From contig AP039715.1 in the NCBI GenBank assembly GCA_051599415.1, positions 372,001-436,000 of the forward strand: a stretch of 64,000 nt of DNA, written 5' to 3'. Each line of letters opens with the position of its first letter. Positions within the stretch are counted from its first letter, which is position 1. This DNA is from Savitreella phatthalungensis (lineage: Eukaryota). Position numbers and translations under genes: made by a program. Under the pieces are notes generated by a model. It saw only the letters and a program-made list of their open reading frames with translations, was not told the DNA's origin and made no database searches. Shown here piece after piece: positions 11,367 through 20,636 of this stretch.

Positions 11367-13322
11367 ATGTCTCGAGTACGTGGTCCATCCTCTGCTCTGA
11401 CAGAGTTCTTGCGAAGTCGAGGCATTCGTGTTAATAATACATCAACCGCATCGAATAGGCGCAGGAGCGCGAATCAGGAAGAACAAGCGGTCACATCCAC
11501 TGATGGTGACACTGCTGAACAGGAAGCCTCATCTCCAGCTGCAGCATCAGGTGAATTGGATGGTGACGCCGAAGCAGCCGCGCAGCTCAATGAAGAGCTA
11601 GAATCCTCAACTCGCAAGCGCAAACGTCCCTCAACAGCTGCATCGATCGCGGCCAAGAAGAAAGCTGCCGCGAAGAAAGCAAAAAAGGGTGATGACAGCG
11701 ACAGCGATTATCATGACTCCGACGATGTTGACGACGATGACTCTCGTCCAGGCAGCAGTGGCAACAGCAGGTACTCATTCAGCCACAAGAACAGAGTTGC
11801 GCCCGGACAGATTGACTTTTGTGCACAGTGCAACAAACGCTTCACAGTCACAGTGTACAACAAACCCTCTTCTGACGGTCAGGGCATGCTCTGCTCAGTC
11901 TGTGGTTCAGCTTCACCTGACGGAGACTCACGTGCGAGACCACCGCCGACGCTTACTCGCCAGAAGTCATCAGCTCGTAAGAAGCGCAACAAGGCGACAA
12001 TTGACGGCGAAATCTCGCTCATCCCTTCACTACAAGACTGCGCTATTCGCAAGATCGCTGAGCATATTGACGATGTTGAGGCACTCGGCGACATTGGCGT
12101 AGTCAACATGGACAAGATCTGTCAGATCATCTCCCGCAACAGGCGGCTCAACGATGACACCTTGCTGCTCTTCCTCGAGTCATCCCTGCAGAAGCTCGCC
12201 ATCTATGACGGAGCCAAGATTACTGGAAAGAACTACCTCCGCATCGCGCAAGAGTGCCCCAACCTTGTCGAGCTCGATCTCCGTTTCTGCGGCCAACTCA
12301 CGGACGACGCTCTCGACTTCTATGCGCAGCACCTATCGATGCTCAGATCAGTCAGCTTCTGTGGAGCGTTCCTCCCAACGATCAATGGCTGGATCCGGTT
12401 CTTTGAATCTGACCTCGGTCAGCGTCTGGAGAAGTTTGTCTTGACGGATTCCGCTCGATTCGATGTTGCTTCATCCGCCGCGCTCGCTTTCAACTGCCCG
12501 TCTCTGAGACATCTTACGCTCTCAAAGATGGCGTATCTGGACGATGGCTGCATCACGCAGTTCGGTACACTTACCCAGCTCGAGTCCCTCGACATCTCCT
12601 GGGCTGCCGGCATCGTCACTGACGCATGCATCATCGACCTCCTCTCCAAGATCGGCCATTCCTTGCAGACTCTAAACCTCTCAGGCCTGCGCGATCTCAC
12701 AGACGCCGTCCTCCTCCAGGCCGTCCTCCCTTACTGCCCGAACCTGCAAACCCTGAAACTCGACGAAGTCGATCTTCTCACAGACGCCGGCGTCGCCGAC
12801 TACTTCACTGCGCTCGTCGACCAACACGCTCCTGGGCTGACGGAGCTGTCAGTCGAGCGATGTTCTGGACTTGGTGATGCTGCGGTCCGCGCAATCCTAC
12901 GTCACTCCGGCTCGACGGTCCGCTCACTCAACCTGAACTCGCTTGACGAGCTGACACACCCATGTCTGATGGATCTCCTCGATGGCATTCTCTCACCACC
13001 GATCCCGACATCCGACCACGAGCCCTTCGTCGTCGTGACCGACGCCATCAAATCAGATCTGCGGTCACGAGGCAAGGTTCTGCCAGCGTCGTTGGACGAT
13101 GAGAGGGCGAAGGCTGAGCGTCGTGCAGGTCGGATTGCTGAGGTTCTGCCACAGTGTGAGTGTATCGACCTGTCGTTCATCAGGGCTGTCAACGATGCCG
13201 TCCTAGCGACGTTGGTAGGTCACGCTGCTCCGAAACTCTCCAAGGTCATCGTCTGGGGAGATAACAGGGTGACTGAGGCTGAGTTACCTAGACCTGGTGT
13301 ACTGATTGTCGGCCGCGAGTGA
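11367..13322 (+). CDS. RAD7: Global-genome NER LRR protein (Rad7/Rhp7)
   Basis: First ATG at 11367 gives the typical N-terminus 'MSRVRGPSSALTEFLRSRGI'; Zn finger 'CAQCNKRFTVTVY...LCSVC'; elongin-C (BC-box-like) segment 'IPSLQDCAIRKIAEHIDDVEALGDIG'; LRRs; typical end 'VLIVGRE'. Confidence 0.96.
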   Translation: MSRVRGPSSALTEFLRSRGIRVNNTSTASNRRRSANQEEQAVTSTDGDTAEQEASSPAAASGELDGDAEAAAQLNEELESSTRKRKRPSTAASIAAKKKAAAKKAKKGDDSDSDYHDSDDVDDDDSRPGSSGNSRYSFSHKNRVAPGQIDFCAQCNKRFTVTVYNKPSSDGQGMLCSVCGSASPDGDSRARPPPTLTRQKSSARKKRNKATIDGEISLIPSLQDCAIRKIAEHIDDVEALGDIGVVNMDKICQIISRNRRLNDDTLLLFLESSLQKLAIYDGAKITGKNYLRIAQECPNLVELDLRFCGQLTDDALDFYAQHLSMLRSVSFCGAFLPTINGWIRFFESDLGQRLEKFVLTDSARFDVASSAALAFNCPSLRHLTLSKMAYLDDGCITQFGTLTQLESLDISWAAGIVTDACIIDLLSKIGHSLQTLNLSGLRDLTDAVLLQAVLPYCPNLQTLKLDEVDLLTDAGVADYFTALVDQHAPGLTELSVERCSGLGDAAVRAILRHSGSTVRSLNLNSLDELTHPCLMDLLDGILSPPIPTSDHEPFVVVTDAIKSDLRSRGKVLPASLDDERAKAERRAGRIAEVLPQCECIDLSFIRAVNDAVLATLVGHAAPKLSKVIVWGDNRVTEAELPRPGVLIVGRE

Positions 13323-13358
13323 GGTAGATGTTTATACATTGTTTTTTCTTCTTATGTA

Positions 13359-16300
13359 CTACGTCGTTGGCGAGCTAGTCGTGGTAGTGCGTCTCCAGAG
13401 ATCACGCATCTTAGGCGCTACACCACCACCACCACCGACGCCCCAAGAACCATCAGATGGCGATATGGATCCAGGAAACTTTCGTCCTTCACCCACACTC
13501 GCAACGACGTCTGTCGATGCTGGGTTTGCGGTATGGAGACGGCGTTCGGTTCTGCGTGGTGAGACTCGAGTGATGTGGTGGGTGGGTGTGAGCGTGTGCG
13601 AGCTTGTGTCGCTGAGGATGGAGCTTTGTCGTCGTGGCGGGTGTGTGGTTGTGGTGGGGTTGTGCGGGGAGAAGGAGGCGGAGGGGAGGAGATGTTGGCG
13701 TTGGAGAGGTCTGTGGTCTTGTTGGGTAGGTAAGGGAGCGGCTGATTCGCCAAGGAGGACAGCCGAGACATCGACAACGCGGTCGGATAACCCACACAGG
13801 CAACCACATCCTGTGGGACAGGCTAGATATGCGAGAGCTTCAGGTGAAGGACTGGCGATCACCGGTTGGTGATGCGTGTGGTGGCTGAGCACGCCTTCTT
13901 CTTCATCATCTTCATCATCATCGTCATGGTCGTGGCGGTTATACTCGGCTGGTTGGGTCGTGCGGGTTCTGCTTCGACTTCGGCTTCTTTGTTGCTGCAT
14001 TTTCAAAATCGTCGCTATCTCTTGGGCGATGAGGTTATTGTGGAGCTCTGCGGCTGTGCCGCGCGTGCGTGGGGTTTCCGAGGCGATCGGTGTGGACGAG
14101 GCGCGTGCAGAGGCGAGTTGCGGATCAGGCTCATGCGGGCGGTGGGGACGGTGGCGAGGCTTGTTTGCGATTTGAGATGCCTGTGCTCGCCACTGTAACA
14201 TGCACCGCATGTGTCCACCGTGCTCACATACGGGACACACCTCCGCCCGACCCTTCACGGTGATCTGGCAGACAGCGCACTCGAACTGTGTCGGCGCACC
14301 GTGACACCGGCCGCCGGGGCAAGGCTGTGCGGCAAAGCCTTTGCAGTCTGAGCAACGCACTCGGATTTCCGGTCCTTCGTGCTCTTGCGCGCGTGCCCGC
14401 GTCAGGGCGCGGTGCATCGGCAGCATGTGGGACAGACCTGCGGGCGGCCGGACTGGTTGCTGCTGGCCGAGTGGCGCTGCGATAGCTGCAGTTGGGCCGG
14501 ACTCTCGGCGGTGATGATGCAGACGTGCTGCAGCTGCCGGCGCGAGGGATGACGCCACGTAAGGAGCTGTAACTAGCTGATCCTGTGGAGATCGAGCGGC
14601 TTCGCGCAGGAGCTCCTGTGCTTGCCCGCGTGACATTGTCGCTGCGCCCATGGTCGCACGACGCGTTCCGGGCAACGACGATGAGAGGAGGTTGAGTGCT
14701 GCAGAGGATTGCGACGGTGTGATACCACCAGAATGCGTTGTACTGAAGCTCTGTTGACGGCCCGCGTCCGCAGCAGATCTGTCTGTTGGCTTCGCCGTCG
14801 ATGTGCTTGACGTCCGACTCTGTATGTCATTGCCGTGAATGTGACTGTACTGCATCGCGACGGCTTGAGCGGCAAGGAAGTCGCCCGCCGGGACGAGTAC
14901 GTCGCCTAGACGTCGCTGACGGTGATTGTACGAACGCATTTCAACTGCACGAACTTGCTCGTTGAATCGGTAGAGATGATCAGCGTAGGCGTCACGCGCA
15001 TCCTGCTCTGCAAGTTCGAGCTGGAGGTCAAGCTCGTCGGCGAAGTGCTCGTCGGAGCTGTGGAGCGGGATGTGCTCGATGTGCAGGTCTGGAACTACAT
15101 CGGTGAATATCTCTACCATTGGTAGCTGAGGCCAAGCTAGGCCACTAGAGTCTTGGCTTGCTAGACTCTTGGACACTGAGTTCGGCGCAGTCCGAAGTGA
15201 TCTTGCCTGAGCACTATTTGAGCCAGAGCCAGGTCCGGAAGCGCTTCCAGCGCTCTGAGCTTGCTGCTGGACGGGAGCGGGAGCTGGTGGTTGTGACGGT
15301 GTGCCGGCCTTGGACGACGATCTGCGGGAGAGCCAGGAGGATAGCGCTCCTGCGGGGATGCTCGTAATGCTGGCTTGAGAATCAGCACGGCCGAGGTGAG
15401 GATGTGGCTGACGCTCTTGCGAGCCTGGACTCTGATCGACAAATGGTGATTCCTCCAGCGAGACGAGTGAGCGCAGACTGAATCGGCCACCGCTTTCATT
15501 GCGTCCAAGCTGCTCGCTTACAGCTGGCAGGGCTGTATTAGGTGATAAGATGGAGTCGCGCTTTGAAGAGCAGTTTGGCTGCTCTTTTTCATGACACTTC
15601 TCGTCCTGCAGACCGAAAGCGCAGCTGAGCATGGCAAACATCTGAAGATCGGCTTTGCCTTGGAAATGGCGCAGGAGATCTCCCCTGAAACCCTTGCGCT
15701 TTCCAAACACAGCAGCAGGCTCAACATCATAGACGAGAGGCAGATCCCCGGCGTGATCGACCGAGGGCAAGGGCTCGAGAAGCAAGCTCGCCATTTCCCA
15801 AGCTTGGGCGATCTCGATGTTGTTGTTAGCATAAGCAATACGGGCGTTCTTGGCGCATAGGGCTGCGTCAGAGCCGATCTGCCAATCGTGTGCGAACGTC
15901 TCGCGCAGTCCGACGATCTCTGACATGTCTCTGATGACGACGACGTCTTTCGTCAGCGCTTCGGAAGCGTAGCTCTGAGCAATGCGTGCCGTTGACGCTC
16001 GGTCTTGGACGGAGCCAGAGCCGAGTTTGCGCGAGAGATTGGCAGCGGCAGCTGAATTGCTCGTCATGGCGGCGTGGCGCGCTGCGATCACGTCCTGAAC
16101 GTCGAAGTCATCAAGCTCGTTGTCACTGTCGCCTCCTGTGCCGGGGCCGCCTGCGCCCATCAGATCGACTTCGTCGTTGTCGCCTGGGTGCGAGAGGTAG
16201 CCGAAACTGGCAAAGAAGCGCTGGGCACGACGCTTCTTCATCGCTGAGGTAGGTGGGATGGCAGACTCTCTGCGTGAGACTGCGGCTGAGGTATCATGTT

Positions 16301-18200
16301 CGAACATCTTTGTTGAGAAGAAGCAGACGAGTTTGTTGCCACACCAGAGGGCGGCAGATGATCGTGGAAGAGGGACGTTCTGCTGAGCGCCGTCGAGCAA
16401 GTCATAGTCGCGCATATTTGTGGAATCGTCATCGCTCTCGCTGTCGCTGGACGAGGCTCGCCCATCCTCGAGGTGCTCTTGCAATACATCTTCACCAAGA
16501 AGGTGACGTACAAATGCCTCCAGACATGGCTTCGCCCGCTCGCGGTATCTTACAGCGATTGCGGAGAGCTCTTTGAGCAGCCTAAGTCTTGTCTCATCGC
16601 CGAGCGCTTTTGTCTTCTCCAGATCGAACTTGGGTGTAGCGAGGGATGGGTAACCTTTAGGAAAAGCAACTTTGAGACGCAAGAACGTGAGCTCCGGCTC
16701 ACCTGTGGTTGTCTGCTCCCCCCATGGTCCTTGCAACGATAGCGTGCACGAGCGTTGTCGGACACTGGCCTCTTCGAACTTCACTTTGGGGAACTTTGTC
16801 TCGATTTGCGGGAACTCCTCTCCGAGGATCATGGCTTCTGCTCCAGTGGCAGCTGCATCCTTGTCAAACTTCGACGCGTCTCCGCTCGAATTGTTCTCGC
16901 GGGTCATACGCACGCCACGCATCCATTGGATCGCGCTGTAGCCCGTTTGGGATTCGCCCGGTTTGACAGTCGTGTGTGTCGGGCCGGTGAGAAGTTGTGA
17001 GTTTGTCAGCCTGTCCTCCCCTAACGACGATAGCGATGCGGCAAGTGACCGACTCGGCTCTGAGGTCTGCGTGTGTGAGTGCTTGGTGTGTTCGAGCTCA
17101 CGCCTGTATGTCACGTAAGGCGCTCCACGACGTGTCTGCCGGATACGAATAGGTTGTTTTGGGTCATGGCCAATGCGACCAAGGACGTCCTGATTGACTG
17201 GCCAAAGCCGCAGTGTCTGGTCTTTTGACCACGTCACGAGCTGAAATTCACGATCGTCGACTGTCGGATCTTGACCTCCACGAGCACGCCACAGGTACTC
17301 CTTGACCTGATCGGTGTGTCCGGAAAACACATGGACAGGTGGTTCCGGGTTGTCGCCTTCACCACGCCGGTCCCACAGGTAAAGATTGTTGTCGCCTCGT
17401 TGTGGAAGTGTGAGTAGACCCCATCCCATCGGGGTATGACGTGCACGCCAGACTGGTGTTGTTGTGCGAATCGTCTGCTCCGGCTCTGTGAGACTTTTCG
17501 AGTAGTCCCAGAATTTGACGGACTTGTCAAGCGCGCAGGAGATGATGCCGGATTCGCGCGTACGATTGAAGTCGATACCGTAGACCTTCGTGGGTTGACT
17601 TGCGACCTCTATACTGGTGAGTGGGGAAGCGCCTTTTCTGTCGTCCCAGATTCTGAGGTATCGTCCGTGGGAGGAGGCGATGATGTGCTCGTTCTGCCTA
17701 TTCCACTTGACTTGAGTCGCGCCGGCTTGCCAGTCTGAGAACGCATTGACGGGTCGACGGGAATCGCGCATGTCCCAGCAGTGGACAAAGGCGTCGACAG
17801 AGCATGATGCAAGGATTTCCGGCTGATGAGCGGACCAATTGATGTCTGTGATGGCGCGCGCGTGCCCTCCAAGAACGAACTCGACTGCCTTGCGTGATGG
17901 CATGTCAAGGTTCCAGATGAAGAGCTTCTGGTTACTCGTGGAGCAGATCCAGTTTGTTCGATGGCGGTGCACGTTCCACTGGACGTCTGCGACATTCCAG
18001 GCAGTGAGATATGGGAGGAAGCGTGGTGGCTCATACGGATTGTCAAGGTCTACGATGAGTAGGCCTTTGCGACTTGCAAGCGCGACATCACGCCCCGAGG
18101 GAGAGATGGACATGGCATCGATCCCCTTGTCTGCAATCTCGATTGACAGAGATGCGCCAAAGGTCGTGCCGCCATCGCTGGCATCCGTGGGTGAAGACAT
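13359..18200 (-). CDS. MTC5: SEACAT/GATOR2 subunit WDR59 (Mtc5/Sea3): WD40 + RWD + C-terminal Zn/RING
   Basis: N-terminal WD40s ('SISPSGRDVALAS', 'HARAITDINWS', 'GATQVKWNR', 'PVWRARHTP', 'QLVTWSKD'), RWD ('FPKGYPS'), 'DLQMFAMLSC', and 'CAVC...CPVCEHGGH..C...CPTGCGCLC'. Confidence 0.95.
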   Translation of the reverse strand: MSSPTDASDGGTTFGASLSIEIADKGIDAMSISPSGRDVALASRKGLLIVDLDNPYEPPRFLPYLTAWNVADVQWNVHRHRTNWICSTSNQKLFIWNLDMPSRKAVEFVLGGHARAITDINWSAHQPEILASCSVDAFVHCWDMRDSRRPVNAFSDWQAGATQVKWNRQNEHIIASSHGRYLRIWDDRKGASPLTSIEVASQPTKVYGIDFNRTRESGIISCALDKSVKFWDYSKSLTEPEQTIRTTTPVWRARHTPMGWGLLTLPQRGDNNLYLWDRRGEGDNPEPPVHVFSGHTDQVKEYLWRARGGQDPTVDDREFQLVTWSKDQTLRLWPVNQDVLGRIGHDPKQPIRIRQTRRGAPYVTYRRELEHTKHSHTQTSEPSRSLAASLSSLGEDRLTNSQLLTGPTHTTVKPGESQTGYSAIQWMRGVRMTRENNSSGDASKFDKDAAATGAEAMILGEEFPQIETKFPKVKFEEASVRQRSCTLSLQGPWGEQTTTGEPELTFLRLKVAFPKGYPSLATPKFDLEKTKALGDETRLRLLKELSAIAVRYRERAKPCLEAFVRHLLGEDVLQEHLEDGRASSSDSESDDDSTNMRDYDLLDGAQQNVPLPRSSAALWCGNKLVCFFSTKMFEHDTSAAVSRRESAIPPTSAMKKRRAQRFFASFGYLSHPGDNDEVDLMGAGGPGTGGDSDNELDDFDVQDVIAARHAAMTSNSAAAANLSRKLGSGSVQDRASTARIAQSYASEALTKDVVVIRDMSEIVGLRETFAHDWQIGSDAALCAKNARIAYANNNIEIAQAWEMASLLLEPLPSVDHAGDLPLVYDVEPAAVFGKRKGFRGDLLRHFQGKADLQMFAMLSCAFGLQDEKCHEKEQPNCSSKRDSILSPNTALPAVSEQLGRNESGGRFSLRSLVSLEESPFVDQSPGSQERQPHPHLGRADSQASITSIPAGALSSWLSRRSSSKAGTPSQPPAPAPVQQQAQSAGSASGPGSGSNSAQARSLRTAPNSVSKSLASQDSSGLAWPQLPMVEIFTDVVPDLHIEHIPLHSSDEHFADELDLQLELAEQDARDAYADHLYRFNEQVRAVEMRSYNHRQRRLGDVLVPAGDFLAAQAVAMQYSHIHGNDIQSRTSSTSTAKPTDRSAADAGRQQSFSTTHSGGITPSQSSAALNLLSSSLPGTRRATMGAATMSRGQAQELLREAARSPQDQLVTAPYVASSLAPAAAARLHHHRRESGPTAAIAAPLGQQQPVRPPAGLSHMLPMHRALTRARAQEHEGPEIRVRCSDCKGFAAQPCPGGRCHGAPTQFECAVCQITVKGRAEVCPVCEHGGHMRCMLQWRAQASQIANKPRHRPHRPHEPDPQLASARASSTPIASETPRTRGTAAELHNNLIAQEIATILKMQQQRSRSRSRTRTTQPAEYNRHDHDDDDEDDEEEGVLSHHTHHQPVIASPSPEALAYLACPTGCGCLCGLSDRVVDVSAVLLGESAAPLPTQQDHRPLQRQHLLPSASFSPHNPTTTTHPPRRQSSILSDTSSHTLTPTHHITRVSPRRTERRLHTANPASTDVVASVGEGRKFPGSISPSDGSWGVGGGGGVAPKMRDLWRRTTTTSSPTT

Positions 18201-18665
18201 TGGCGGCCTAGCGAGTCGATCAGGTCATATCTCCGTGAGACATCTGCCTTTAACAAGTTGTCACTGAGACAGCCAGCTGTCTGAGGTTTTGCGCATCGAG
18301 AACGTGAGACTGGCTGCTTGTTATGCTGCAGCTAGATGCTTGTCTTCTAGTATCCTGTGCTGCCATATCATCCACTTGAGGGAATGCTACCTGGATGCCT
18401 GATTGTGTTTGTATTGCGGGGCCGGGTAGAAGTCAGCACGGGCACCGGGCACGGGCGAGGGCACGAGCACATGACTATCATTGTGTGCATGCACATTCGA
18501 GGGATCTCGGTCTGGATAAATCTGGGGAGAGACTGTGAATTGAGTGCTGTGAAGCGCAGCTAAGTGCAGAACATCACGCAGACACAGCTGGTTCTGTATA
18601 GCCAGATACATACATATAGTCATTCGTAAAAGCTACAAAGAGGAAACTCGCTGCGGCTAGTTGAC

Positions 18666-19595
18666 TTAGGCGTCTCCCCAGCGGTTGACCTTTGGCGGTG
18701 CGTCCTGTCCACGCTCGCGTTCGAGCAAGGCATCAAATTCTGCTTGCTGCTTACGACGCTCGTCATCAGCAGCATCGTAGGCTGGACTTGAGCTGTATCT
18801 CAGATCCGGTGAATCGATTGGGGTTGACTGGCCGAATGGTGAGACAGCAGCGTTGGACTCGCGCTGATCTGTATTCTGCCGACCGCTTTCACCGGATGAT
18901 CCTTTTCGTAGTCTGTCCCAGGCTGTTTCTGGCCTGGTTTGCATCTGCTCGCCTCGGATCTTCGACCAAGCGTCACCTTGACCTCCGTATCCTGACATGG
19001 AAGGTTGCTGATTGGACGGACGCATTGGCATCGGTGGCCCATTGTAGGATGTAATGATCGAGTCGGACTCGGAAGGGGAGATCCGCTCTGAGACTTGAGG
19101 GCCTCGTGAAAAGTTGTCTGTCGGCATCTGGGATAGTTGCTGCTGCTGCTGCTGCTGCTGTGGCCAAGGTGACTCGCCATTTTCGGTGTCCCGTGTACTG
19201 CGCTGCGACCATTGACGCTCGCCACTGAGTGGTCGCCTTCGTGCGTCTTGCATCTCAATTTGTGCCTCTCGCATGGCCTGTAGTATGTGATCTGGGTTTG
19301 GAAGCTTCTCGACCACTTTGATGGATTGGATCATGGCAGACAGCCAGCCAATCTGCATGCCAACAACAATTCCACCGATGCCAAAGAAGGCTGCACGGCC
19401 CAGATGCTTGGAAATTGGCCAGTATCCGCGCCTGTACATGCCGTAGACTGCGAGGGAGCCTCCGATCATTGATCCAACTCGTGTGTGTGTCTTGACGATG
19501 TCTTGACATTTGTCTAGAGCAGCTTTCTCGTCTGATGTGAGTTCAGACATGAGTTTGTCTTTGGTCTTTGACCACATCTGGGCATTTGTGTTCAT
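18666..19595 (-). CDS. Hypothetical two-helix membrane protein with OCIA-domain-like architecture
   Basis: 309-aa ATG ORF with two Gly-rich hydrophobic segments, a polyQ/disordered middle, 'AWSKIR' and 'AWDRLR' repeats, 'QAEFDALLERER', and the C-terminus 'KVNRWGDA'. Confidence 0.8.
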   Translation of the reverse strand: MNTNAQMWSKTKDKLMSELTSDEKAALDKCQDIVKTHTRVGSMIGGSLAVYGMYRRGYWPISKHLGRAAFFGIGGIVVGMQIGWLSAMIQSIKVVEKLPNPDHILQAMREAQIEMQDARRRPLSGERQWSQRSTRDTENGESPWPQQQQQQQQLSQMPTDNFSRGPQVSERISPSESDSIITSYNGPPMPMRPSNQQPSMSGYGGQGDAWSKIRGEQMQTRPETAWDRLRKGSSGESGRQNTDQRESNAAVSPFGQSTPIDSPDLRYSSSPAYDAADDERRKQQAEFDALLERERGQDAPPKVNRWGDA

Positions 19596-20252
19596 CGTGG
19601 ATGGATACTACGAACGAATGGAGATGAGGGTGATTGGGATGTGTGGTGGCGCGTGATGATTGTTTCGATCTGATTCTGAGAGTGCGAGACTGAGCGCGTA
19701 CGACTTGAAAGGGAGCCAGACGATGTTTTGATGGTCTTGGTAATCTGTGGTGAACAGACTCTTGGTCGTAGTGGTGGTCGTGGTAGTGGTTGGGGTCGAT
19801 GAAGTCATTGATTGATTGATTGATTCATGAGTATAGCGCGTTACTCCACTCTCGAGATCTTTCCTGGTCGATTGCATGAGTGTCCAGGATGCAGCTGCAG
19901 CAACGGGCAAAGCAAAGAAGCATGAATTGCATTTTTATCATATGAAATCTAAATTTAGCTATGCAGTCAATTCTACTCAATTGATTAATCGATCCCAATA
20001 TTATATATTCATTTGACATCGATCAGGCATATACATATACACGTGCGTACCGTGCGCTATAGATGACCTTGATTCACAGCTAAAGCTAAGTTAAATCTCA
20101 ATTTAGTATAGCTTAGATTCAGAATTCATATTGTTGCTTAGTTAGTAAGTGAGTGAGTGCGTTAGCTGTCACGTTAACTCATCTAGAACAGTCTAGTGTC
20201 ATTGTTTCACATACTGTATTCATCTGTTGATCAACCGATGATCATGCATCCA

Positions 20253-20272
20253 ATCCATCCATCCATCCATCC
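20253..20272. repeat. (ATCC)5 microsatellite
   Basis: atccatccatccatccatcc; related ATCC/GGAT runs also occur at about 26380-26420 and 26550-26575. Confidence 0.8.
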
Positions 20273-20636
20273 AGCACTTGACCCTATCACTATAGCTACT
20301 AGTAGCTAGCTATTTATGGAAGGTAAACAAATCGCAACCACTTTCAACGGAACTTTTAAACTCAATTTAGACCAGATGCAGGTTGGAACCCAATTTCCAC
20401 CAACCCATATCTACGTACGGCCAATCCGTACTCACACAGGTATATTGATTGATTGATACAGTACAGCGCATGTGCCTATACATACATACACAAAACAACA
20501 ACACACACACACGCTCACTGATCAAGGCTGAAGGTCATTCACAGGTCTATCAATCAAGGCTTCTGCTTGGGCCAGCCAAAGTCACAGCAGAGGATAAGTC
20601 AACTGACACGAGGATCAACTATACCTCATTCCATAC

